From IMG/VR virus record IMGVR_UViG_3300020374_000015, positions 1 through 32,843 of that record: 32,843 nucleotides of DNA; one strand, 5' to 3'. The notes below the pieces were generated by a model that had not been told where the DNA came from, searched no databases, and saw only the letters and a list, made by a program, of their open reading frames with translations. Numbering within the stretch: the first letter of the stretch is position 1; every line of letters begins with the position of its first letter. This DNA comes from a virus. Taxonomy: Duplodnaviria > Caudoviricetes. This document shows positions 1-7,468 of this stretch, piece by piece. Both the position numbers and the translations under genes were made by a program.

Positions 1-603
1 GATCCAATGGCTGAAGATCAATCAGTACCTAGTATTTCAGGTGACTACTATCTATCATCAACACCACTTAATGAATCACTTATTGGTATGGATTACATAA
101 TCAAAAAATTCAAAAGTGACTATGCTGTACAAAAAATGTCACTTGTTACTTTAACAGACGGTGCTTCTAATTCAATGAATAGACACGGTAATGGTGAGTT
201 ATATATTAAGATCAACGGCAAGTATAGAATGGCAGGTAGTTATTACCATGAAAGAAAAGATTTTACTAGTGTTATGTTATCTTATCTTAAAAAGAAATAT
301 GACCTACAAACTATCGGTTTCTATCTAGTATCAAAATATAGAGAACTACAATATATGTTAAGAGTGCCTTATAAAAAAGAGATGTTGGCTAGAAAAATGT
401 TTAGTAAAGACAAATTTATCGCTGATTACAATACTGCTTATGATGTATATTTCTATGTTAATTCTGGTACTAAAGTACAAAATCAAGTCTTCGAATCAGA
501 TTCAACTGATAAGAGAACTTTAAAAAAGATGTTTATGTCGGGAATGAAGAATCGAATCAATTCCAGAGTATTACTACAAAACTTTATCAAAAGGATCGCA
601 TAA
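1..603 (+). CDS. CobT-like VWA-domain protein, C-terminal part (5'-truncated by the window edge)
   Basis: Frame is open from base 1; LVTLTDG MIDAS-type motif; lies directly upstream of a CobS-like AAA ATPase as in marine T4-like phages. Confidence 0.7.
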   Translation, partial: DPMAEDQSVPSISGDYYLSSTPLNESLIGMDYIIKKFKSDYAVQKMSLVTLTDGASNSMNRHGNGELYIKINGKYRMAGSYYHERKDFTSVMLSYLKKKYDLQTIGFYLVSKYRELQYMLRVPYKKEMLARKMFSKDKFIADYNTAYDVYFYVNSGTKVQNQVFESDSTDKRTLKKMFMSGMKNRINSRVLLQNFIKRIA

Positions 604-621
604 ATGAAGGGTTTTTTACGC

Positions 622-650
622 TTGACTTTTACCCCAAAAAATGATAGCAT
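622..650 (+). promoter_or_regulatory. sigma70-type early promoter
   Basis: TTGACT-17 bp-TAGCAT with TG extension, upstream of the cobS RBS (AAGGA). Confidence 0.65.
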
Positions 651-684
651 ATATGTATAACTTAAATATGAAAGGACTTATATA

Positions 685-1887
685 ATGATTGAGTTAAACA
701 AAACACAAAAAACCGTGTTGAAAGTATTAAAAGATACTTACAAAAAAGATACGGTGACTAGGGCAGAGATTAATGCTCTTGTTAAAAAGAAGGTTATCAA
801 AAATCCTTCTTGGTTGAAATCAGACAAGTACAAAGTTGATAGAGGAGTTTATACTCTTAATGTTGACTCTATGGATGATTCAACTTCAGTTGATACAACT
901 GATACTAAAATATCTAATGATACAAAGGCTGCTTATATCGTATCTTCATTGACCGATAATGTTGTTCCTGCGAAGGATACTGACTTTGTTAATTTTGGTA
1001 ATTATGCTGATATTAAAAATATCGTAAAATCTAAAAAGTTTTATCCTGTTTTCATTACTGGATTGTCTGGTAATGGTAAAACTCTTGCTGTGACTCAGGC
1101 ATGTGCCGAGTCTAAAAGAGAGATGATAAGATGTAACATTACGATTGAAACCGATGAGGACGATTTACTTGGTGGTTACAGACTAAAAGATGGTCAGACC
1201 GTATGGCAAAATGGTCCTGTTATTGAGGCGATGGAGAGAGGTGCTGTTCTTTTACTTGATGAGATTGACCTTGCAAGTAATAAGATAATGTGTCTTCAAC
1301 CTATCCTTGAAGGTTCGGGTGTCTATGTTAAAAAGATAAACAAGTTTGTTAAACCTAAACTTGGCTTTAATGTGATTGCAACTGCTAACACTAAAGGTCA
1401 AGGTAGTGATGACGGTAAGTTTATCGGTACTAATGTACTTAACGAGGCATTTTTAGAAAGATTTCCAGTTACATTTGAACAACAATATCCTTCTGCTAAG
1501 ATTGAAGAAAAAATTGTTGCTCAGAAACTTGTAAGTGCTGGTAAAAAAGATGAGAAGTTTGCTCATAATTTAGTAACTTGGGCTGATGTTATAAGAAAAA
1601 CTTATAATGATGGCGGCGTTGATGAGATTATAAGTACCAGAAGACTTGTCCATATTGCAGAAGCATATGGTATCTTCAGAAATAAAATGAAGGCAATCGC
1701 TGTTTGTACTAATAGATTTGATGATGATACTAAAACATCATTTGTTGATCTATATAGTAAAGTAGATAGTGGTGCTTCAGTAGAACAGATTCTTGCTGAT
1801 AAGAAGAAGGCCGAAGAGGACGAAATCTTATCAGAAAAGAAATCCGATGATAGTGAGGAAGATGATGAGGATAACTTCACCGTCTAA
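685..1887 (+). CDS. cobS: CobS-like MoxR-family AAA+ ATPase
   Basis: Walker A GLSGNGKT, Walker B LLLDEID, ATANTKG, NEAFLERF and STRRL motifs. Confidence 0.88.
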   Translation: MIELNKTQKTVLKVLKDTYKKDTVTRAEINALVKKKVIKNPSWLKSDKYKVDRGVYTLNVDSMDDSTSVDTTDTKISNDTKAAYIVSSLTDNVVPAKDTDFVNFGNYADIKNIVKSKKFYPVFITGLSGNGKTLAVTQACAESKREMIRCNITIETDEDDLLGGYRLKDGQTVWQNGPVIEAMERGAVLLLDEIDLASNKIMCLQPILEGSGVYVKKINKFVKPKLGFNVIATANTKGQGSDDGKFIGTNVLNEAFLERFPVTFEQQYPSAKIEEKIVAQKLVSAGKKDEKFAHNLVTWADVIRKTYNDGGVDEIISTRRLVHIAEAYGIFRNKMKAIAVCTNRFDDDTKTSFVDLYSKVDSGASVEQILADKKKAEEDEILSEKKSDDSEEDDEDNFTV

Positions 1888-1909
1888 ATCTATCCATAGT
1901 GTAAGTCCG

Positions 1910-1940
1910 CTTGTGGCCAGAAATGGCCACAAGTTTTCTT
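1910..1940 (+). terminator. Rho-independent terminator
   Basis: Perfect 10-bp stem CTTGTGGCCA / TGGCCACAAG, GAAA tetraloop, followed by TTTTCTT. Confidence 0.8.
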
Positions 1941-1956
1941 GCATTGAGGGTAAAAT

Positions 1957-2178
1957 ATGAGTGAGTTTCAAACAGGAATTTTTAAACTAATAAAAAACAC
2001 AAGTGTCGGCAGGGCACTTGTTTATACAATAGGACATATTATAATCGCCATGTCCGTTGTAAGTGTTCTTACAGGTGCAAGTCTTTGGGAGGCAGGTGCT
2101 GTTGCTTTAGTAGAACCTACAATCAATGGTGTGTGGTATTATTTTTTAGATAAATTATTTACAATGAGGACTAAATGA
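1957..2178 (+). CDS. small membrane protein, DUF2061-like
   Basis: Two hydrophobic helices; A-x-AL-VEP...WYY pattern; GAGG RBS. Confidence 0.6.
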   Translation: MSEFQTGIFKLIKNTSVGRALVYTIGHIIIAMSVVSVLTGASLWEAGAVALVEPTINGVWYYFLDKLFTMRTK

Positions 2179-2501
2179 GTAATTTTAAAGACAATAGTGG
2201 ATTAGAAACTATCAAACCTAAAACCTCAAAAGAGGAACGTGATAGAATGATGAAAGAATTTTTAGATAAAGGTGGCAAAGTACAAAAGATGAAACCAGGT
2301 GTTGCATATAACATGGGAAGTTTAGATAAGAGTAAGAAACCTGCATTTACAAAAGATGATATTGATAAAGGTGTTAAAGGACAGGCACCTAAACCAGATT
2401 ATGATACATATAAAAAAGGTTCGTACCATGACTATGACGTGGGTGGTGACAACCCACCAGTATGGGAAAAACAACCAAAGAATGAGATGGGAGGTAAATA
2501 G
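2175..2501 (+). CDS. hypothetical protein
   Basis: GAGG RBS, ATGA overlap with previous gene; FLDKGGKVQK motif of small phage proteins. Confidence 0.65.
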   Translation: MSNFKDNSGLETIKPKTSKEERDRMMKEFLDKGGKVQKMKPGVAYNMGSLDKSKKPAFTKDDIDKGVKGQAPKPDYDTYKKGSYHDYDVGGDNPPVWEKQPKNEMGGK

Positions 2502-2503
2502 TA

Positions 2504-2746
2504 GTGAGTATTACGGTTGAAGTAAGAGGCGGTAATTTAGAGAAGGCTTTGAGAGTACTAAAGAAAAAAGTACAAAAGGCTGGTATTGTTAAAGACATAA
2601 GGGCTAAACAATATTTTTCTAAACCGTCAGAAATTAAACGTGAAAAAGCCAAAGAACGATTTAAAGTAATCAGAAAAGCACAAAAGGCTAATGATGAATT
2701 ATTAGGATATCGTTGGGTAAAAGGCGTTAAAGTTAAGAAAATTTAA
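2504..2746 (+). CDS. rpsU: 30S ribosomal protein bS21
   Basis: ITVEVRGGNLEKALRVLKKKVQKAGIVKDIRAKQYFSKPSEIKR matches the bS21 signature; GTG start with GGAGG RBS. Confidence 0.9.
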   Translation: MSITVEVRGGNLEKALRVLKKKVQKAGIVKDIRAKQYFSKPSEIKREKAKERFKVIRKAQKANDELLGYRWVKGVKVKKI

Positions 2747-2784
2747 GTATTCTATGCCGTCTGTTGATGTTATATATATTATTA

Positions 2785-2917
2785 CTACAAGGCAATTCGT
2801 AAGACCTCGTAGGGGTATAGAAAGGCAAGGGGTGTGCCATTAGTTATAGACACTATAAAACACCCCAACGAATCGGTGATCTTTGCCAGTTTAACTCCGT
2901 GACAAAAGGAAACTGGC
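2785..2917 (+). ncRNA. putative structured non-coding RNA
   Basis: GC-richer intergenic stretch with stems GGGGTGT(2829-35)/ACACCCC(2860-66), GCCAGTTT(2885-92)/AAACTGGC(2910-17) and CTAC-AAGG/CCT-CGTAG(2785-2812). Confidence 0.4.
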
Positions 2918-2928
2918 GCTTGATTTTA

Positions 2929-2936
2929 TATAAATA
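2929..2936 (+). promoter_or_regulatory. T4-type late promoter
   Basis: TATAAATA exact gp55 consensus upstream of hsp20. Confidence 0.7.
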
Positions 2937-3009
2937 ATTATTATATAAGATTAGACAACGCCTTATAGGGTTGTCAGAAAATAACTTTGCTTAACAAAAG
3001 GAGGTTAAT

Positions 3010-3453
3010 ATGACCAATAAAGCACTATCTATTTTCAATCAATTAAGACCATTATCAGTAGGATTTGATGATGTATTCTCACACTTTGAGAGTATGTTTG
3101 ACCATCAATATGACGCTATTAATGTGTCTAATTACCCACCATACAATATCGTAAAAACTGGTGATAATAAATTTGATATTGAGGTTGCTCTTGCAGGTTT
3201 CAATAAAAAAGATATTAATGTATCAGTAGAGAACGGTATTTTGACTATCGAGTCTAAACAAGAGGATAAGTCTAAAGACAAAGACGGTGAGGTAATTCAC
3301 AAAGGTATTTCAAAAAGATACTTTAAGAGATCATTTACAATCGCTGATGACGTAGAGGTTAAAGGCGCTGAGTTAAAAGATGGCTTATTAAGTGTATCTA
3401 TGGAAAAGATTATACCTGAGTCTAAAAAACTAAAGACTATTTCAATCAAATAA
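3010..3453 (+). CDS. hsp20: small heat shock protein Hsp20 (IbpA-like)
   Basis: NYPPYNI, EVALAGF, HKGISKRYFKRSF, A-ELKDGLL alpha-crystallin motifs; AGGAGG RBS. Confidence 0.95.
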   Translation: MTNKALSIFNQLRPLSVGFDDVFSHFESMFDHQYDAINVSNYPPYNIVKTGDNKFDIEVALAGFNKKDINVSVENGILTIESKQEDKSKDKDGEVIHKGISKRYFKRSFTIADDVEVKGAELKDGLLSVSMEKIIPESKKLKTISIK

Positions 3454-3487
3454 TGGAATATTGTAATAGACACTTACTATAATAGAT

Positions 3488-3521
3488 AGGGCGGCTGGCT
3501 ACTTGACTAGTCGCCCTTTTT
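3488..3521 (+). terminator. Rho-independent terminator
   Basis: 11-bp stem AGGGCGGCTGG / CTAGTCGCCCT (two G-U pairs) followed by a T run. Confidence 0.75.
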
Positions 3522-3531
3522 AGTATATAAT
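3503..3531 (+). promoter_or_regulatory. sigma70-type early promoter embedded in the terminator
   Basis: TTGACT-17 bp-TATAAT. Confidence 0.75.
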
Positions 3532-3565
3532 AGAATCATAATTAATTTTTATAGGAGATTATATA

Positions 3566-4117
3566 ATGAAAAAAGGTGATAAAATACCTGATATTAGTTT
3601 TAGAACTAGATCATTAGGTGAATGGAAGAATGTAAGTACAGATGATTACTTCAAAGGTAAGAGAGTAATATTATTTGCTCTACCTGGTGCATTTACTCCA
3701 ACATGTTCAAATCAACAACTACCTGGTTACGAAAAATTACATAACGTATTTAAACAACATGGTATAGATGAAGTTTATTGTTTATCAATAAATGATTCTT
3801 ATGTGATGAACGCTTGGGCAGCCAATCAAAAATTACAAAACGTTAAAGTCATACCTGATGGTAATGGCGATTTCACAGATCAAGTAGATATGCTTGTAGA
3901 AAAAACTAACGATGGTTTTGGTATGAGATCATGGCGTTACGCTGCAATTGTAAATGATGGTACAGTAGAAGTTGTGTTTGAAGAACCTGGTAAGCAGGAT
4001 AACAATGATGGTGACCCTTATACGGTGTCATCACCAGAGCATATGTTAAAGTATTTACAACAAACTGATCCAAGACACGATCAACCGTTGCCAAACATTG
4101 ACTTTAACCCTAGTTAA
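3566..4117 (+). CDS. peroxiredoxin (Prx5/redoxin family)
   Basis: LPGAFTPTCS peroxidatic motif, S-ND-YVM-AW, PDGNG and RSWRYA. Confidence 0.92.
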   Translation: MKKGDKIPDISFRTRSLGEWKNVSTDDYFKGKRVILFALPGAFTPTCSNQQLPGYEKLHNVFKQHGIDEVYCLSINDSYVMNAWAANQKLQNVKVIPDGNGDFTDQVDMLVEKTNDGFGMRSWRYAAIVNDGTVEVVFEEPGKQDNNDGDPYTVSSPEHMLKYLQQTDPRHDQPLPNIDFNPS

Positions 4118-4126
4118 TGTTATAAT
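4098..4126 (+). promoter_or_regulatory. sigma70-type early promoter
   Basis: TTGACT-17 bp-TATAAT with TG extension; ATG only 6 nt after the -10 box. Confidence 0.75.
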
Positions 4127-4132
4127 TAAATT

Positions 4133-4396
4133 ATGAAATACAATGAAGATAAAATCTTAAAAGAGATTGGTGATTATGTTAAATCTACTTATGGCGAACA
4201 TTACTCTACAGGTAAAGGTGGCTTTCAAGTTTTAGATTTACTTAAAACATTAAAGATCGGAAAAGATTTTTGTCATGCTAACGCAATCAAATATTTGTGT
4301 AGATATGGCAAAAAGAATGGACACAACCGTGCTGACTTGTTGAAAGCGGTACATTATGTTATACTATTATTAAATTATGATAAGGAGATGAAATGA
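4133..4396 (+). CDS. DUF3310/SaV-like protein
   Basis: HY...FCHANAIKYLCRYGKKNG...DLLKAVHY pattern. Confidence 0.75.
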   Translation: MKYNEDKILKEIGDYVKSTYGEHYSTGKGGFQVLDLLKTLKIGKDFCHANAIKYLCRYGKKNGHNRADLLKAVHYVILLLNYDKEMK

Positions 4397-5058
4397 AAAT
4401 AAGTGATAATACAATTGGTATTTTGAGAAATTTCTCGGATATCAATGCCAACATTTTATTTAAACCTGGTAAGTCATTAAGTACAATGAGTACCATGAAA
4501 AATATTATGGCACAGGCAGACGTTGAAGAAGAATTTGAAAGTGAATTTGGTGTATATGATTTACCTGAATTTTTAAGAGCGATTGATTCTTTTCAACAAC
4601 CAGTACTAAAGTTTAACGGTACTGCTAATCTAAAAATACAAGATGAGAAATCTACACTATCAGCTAGATATGCATTTGCTGATAAATCTACTTTAAGATA
4701 TCCATCTAAACAAATATCAATGCCAGATAAAACGGTTACATTTTCACTAAAGAATAGTGACTATGAATCTGTTAAGAAGTTATATACTAACTTGAGTCTA
4801 CCTGACATTGCTTTCAAAGGCGAGAATGGCAAGATAAAACTTGTTGCATTAGATAAAAAGAACTCTAACTCAAACGAGTCAAGTGTAGTAGTTGGCGAAA
4901 CTGATTTAGAATTTACTGCATATGTCAAGGCCGAGAATATGAAAATTATTCCTGGTGATTATGATGTTGCATTATCAAAGGCAAAAATTGCTCACTTCAT
5001 AAACAAAAAGGTTAAAGTACAATATTGGATTGCTTTAGAAGCAGACTCAACATTTTAA
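4393..5058 (+). CDS. gp45: DNA polymerase sliding clamp (T4 gp45)
   Basis: MKIS..TI.IL.NFS.IN, FGVYDL.EFL, C-terminal YWIALE. Confidence 0.92.
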   Translation: MKISDNTIGILRNFSDINANILFKPGKSLSTMSTMKNIMAQADVEEEFESEFGVYDLPEFLRAIDSFQQPVLKFNGTANLKIQDEKSTLSARYAFADKSTLRYPSKQISMPDKTVTFSLKNSDYESVKKLYTNLSLPDIAFKGENGKIKLVALDKKNSNSNESSVVVGETDLEFTAYVKAENMKIIPGDYDVALSKAKIAHFINKKVKVQYWIALEADSTF

Positions 5059-5068
5059 GGAGGTCTAA

Positions 5069-6013
5069 ATGTCAGATTTCCTATGGGTTGAAAAATATCG
5101 TCCTAAAAAAATATCAGATTGTATCTTAACTGAAGATTTAAAGAATACATTTTCTAAATTTCTTATACAAAAAGAAATACCAAATCTTCTCCTTTCAGGC
5201 ACAGCAGGTACGGGTAAAACAACAGTTGCTCGTGCCTTGTGTGAAGAACTAGGTGCTGATTATATAATCATCAATGGTTCAGACGAAGGCCGTCACATAG
5301 ATACTTTAAGAACTACAATTAAGAACTTTGCGTCTAGTGTTTCATTAGATGGTGGTTCTAATCATAAAGTCGTTATAGTTGATGAGGCAGATTATATGAA
5401 TGCTGATAGTGTTCAACCTGCATTAAGAAACTTTATTGAAACGTTTTATAAGAATTGTAGATTTATATTTACTTGTAACTTTAAGAATAAGATAATCCCA
5501 GCATTACATAGTCGTTGTACCGTTATTGATTTTCGTATTACAAATGGTCAGAAAGTAAAAACTGCTACTGCATTTTTAAAAAGACTAGGTGAAATACTTA
5601 AATCAGAAAACATAGAATACGACAATAGAGTAGTTGCTGAACTAATACAAAGACACTATCCAGACTTTAGAAGAACTATCAACGAATTACAAAGATATTC
5701 TGTAAGAGGTAAGATAGATAGTGGTATATTAGTTTCATTATCAGAAATCAATAATAAAGAACTTGTTAAGTTACTAAAAGAAAAAAGATTTAGTGATATG
5801 CGTAAATGGGTTGTTCAGAACCTAGACAAAGATCCTTCTTCTCTATTCTCTGGTATCTATGATATACTCTATAAACATTTACAACCTCAATCTATCCCTG
5901 CAGCCGTATTAACAATCGCCGATTATCAATATAAATCAGCGTTTGTGGCTGACCACGAGATAAATATGGTTGCGTGCTTGACACAGATCATGGCCGAATG
6001 TAAATTTAAGTAG
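5069..6013 (+). CDS. gp44: clamp loader large subunit (T4 gp44)
   Basis: LWVEKYRP, GTAGTGKTT, DEAD, ALHSRC, PDFRR RFC-type motifs. Confidence 0.95.
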   Translation: MSDFLWVEKYRPKKISDCILTEDLKNTFSKFLIQKEIPNLLLSGTAGTGKTTVARALCEELGADYIIINGSDEGRHIDTLRTTIKNFASSVSLDGGSNHKVVIVDEADYMNADSVQPALRNFIETFYKNCRFIFTCNFKNKIIPALHSRCTVIDFRITNGQKVKTATAFLKRLGEILKSENIEYDNRVVAELIQRHYPDFRRTINELQRYSVRGKIDSGILVSLSEINNKELVKLLKEKRFSDMRKWVVQNLDKDPSSLFSGIYDILYKHLQPQSIPAAVLTIADYQYKSAFVADHEINMVACLTQIMAECKFK

Positions 6014-6021
6014 AGGAAGAA

Positions 6022-6204
6022 ATGGCAAGAAGAACATTATTAAGAAAATTGTTAGTGAAATGTAGAATGTTTTGGGCAGATGTAAGAGGCCATCATGGTA
6101 AAGTTTGGGATTACGAACCAGGCGACTACTATATGGGAAGTCACAAAGGTCACAAAAAACATGAAAAAAGATACTTTAAAAGCAAGACCTTGTTTAGGTT
6201 TTAA
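6022..6204 (+). CDS. hypothetical basic, His-containing small protein
   Basis: GAGG RBS; fills the gap between gp44 and the tRNA. Confidence 0.55.
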   Translation: MARRTLLRKLLVKCRMFWADVRGHHGKVWDYEPGDYYMGSHKGHKKHEKRYFKSKTLFRF

Positions 6205-6211
6205 CAATAGG

Positions 6212-6287
6212 GCCGCTTTAGCTCAGCTGGTAGAGCAACTGATTTGTAATCAGTAGGTCCGCGGTTCAAGTCCGTGAAGCGGCACCA
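6212..6287 (+). tRNA. tRNA-Thr(UGU)
   Basis: Acceptor stem GCCGCTT/AAGCGGC, D arm GCTC..GAGC, anticodon arm ACTGA-TTTGTAA-TCAGT, GGTTCAAGTCC T arm, encoded CCA; 76 nt. Confidence 0.95.
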
Positions 6288-6298
6288 GAAATTATATT

Positions 6299-6697
6299 AT
6301 GATAGAATACAAATTATCTGATTATCTCAATGCAATTAACTGGTCAAAAGTTAATCTGCTAGACGGAGATGATCTCACTTGGGAAAAGAAATATCCACCG
6401 TACGTAATTAATCGTTGCCTATCGCAACACGTAGATTGCATAATGATGGCAAACGAGATGAATATTCATCACAGCCTCACTAAACGTCTCCAGTTTCACT
6501 TTCTACTAAATAGTATTAGAAAAAGAAAACGATTTGGTGGGAAGTGGGTAACCACTGCTAAGTCCAAAAATTTAGAGTATGTAAAAGAATATTATGGTTA
6601 TAGCAACGCAAAAGCAAAAGTAGCCCTTGACATACTAGATAAAAAACAATTGAATCTTATCAAAGAAAAGCTTGATAAGGGTGGGAGAAAAAGATGA
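6299..6697 (+). CDS. gp62: clamp loader small subunit (T4 gp62)
   Basis: YPPYVINRCLS, ANEMN, KRKRF, VKEYYGYS..KA motifs; upstream of regA. Confidence 0.9.
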   Translation: MIEYKLSDYLNAINWSKVNLLDGDDLTWEKKYPPYVINRCLSQHVDCIMMANEMNIHHSLTKRLQFHFLLNSIRKRKRFGGKWVTTAKSKNLEYVKEYYGYSNAKAKVALDILDKKQLNLIKEKLDKGGRKR

Positions 6698-7128
6698 GTG
6701 AAGAAAGTTTTAACTGGTCACCTGAGCAGATGTTAGAGGTTACACTTAAACAGCCAGATGATTTTTTAAAGATAAGGGAGACTTTATCCAGAATAGGTGT
6801 TGCAAGTCGTAAAGACAAAACACTATTTCAATCGTGTCACATATTACACAAACAAGGTAAATATTACATAGTACATTTTAAAGAACTTTTTGCTTTAGAT
6901 GGTAAAAAGGCAACACTAGTTGAGAATGATGTACAAAGACGTAACACAATATCAGTTTTATTACAAGACTGGAACTTATTGTCTATAGTTAAACCAGAGG
7001 CTGCTGAAAACAAAGCACCTTTGTCACAAATAAAAATTATTGCTTTCAAAGAAAAGAACGAATGGAATTTGCAAGCAAAATATAATATCGGAAAAAAACA
7101 ATCAACTGAAGAAACTAAAACTGAATAG
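6694..7128 (+). CDS. regA: translational repressor RegA
   Basis: PDDFLKIRETLSRIG, QSCHILHKQG.YYIVHFKELF.LDG. Confidence 0.95.
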   Translation: MSEESFNWSPEQMLEVTLKQPDDFLKIRETLSRIGVASRKDKTLFQSCHILHKQGKYYIVHFKELFALDGKKATLVENDVQRRNTISVLLQDWNLLSIVKPEAAENKAPLSQIKIIAFKEKNEWNLQAKYNIGKKQSTEETKTE

Positions 7129-7137
7129 GAGTATATT

Positions 7138-7434
7138 ATGATTAGATTATACAGACTCACTTCTGGTGAGGACGTGATTGGTACGCCACAAGAATCAGAC
7201 ATCCATGGTTCTGTAGCAATAAAGAAACCTTTTGTACTAATACCAATGCAAGGACAACCTGGTAAACCTATGCAAATAGGATTTCATCCTTACATACCAT
7301 ACACAAAAGACGAAGTTATACATATTAAATCAGCAAATATAATTACTGAAACAACACCAGATGATAATATGATTGGTGCATATCAACAAAATACAGGTCA
7401 GATAGTTACACCTAAAAATAAAATCATCACGTAA
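7138..7434 (+). CDS. conserved hypothetical protein (Sm-like beta fold, T4-like phages)
   Basis: RLTSGEDVIG N-terminal motif, AGGAG RBS. Confidence 0.65.
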   Translation: MIRLYRLTSGEDVIGTPQESDIHGSVAIKKPFVLIPMQGQPGKPMQIGFHPYIPYTKDEVIHIKSANIITETTPDDNMIGAYQQNTGQIVTPKNKIIT

Positions 7435-7463
7435 TTGACATTTTTGTCTTTTAATGTTATAAT
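7435..7463 (+). promoter_or_regulatory. sigma70-type promoter for gp43
   Basis: Perfect TTGACA-17 bp-TATAAT with TG extension; ATG 5 nt downstream. Confidence 0.8.
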
Positions 7464-7468
7464 AGAAT

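Noticed and set aside
6161-6256. Short ATG-initiated ORF running into the tRNA
   Set aside because: Overlaps the tRNA-Thr gene and has no convincing RBS
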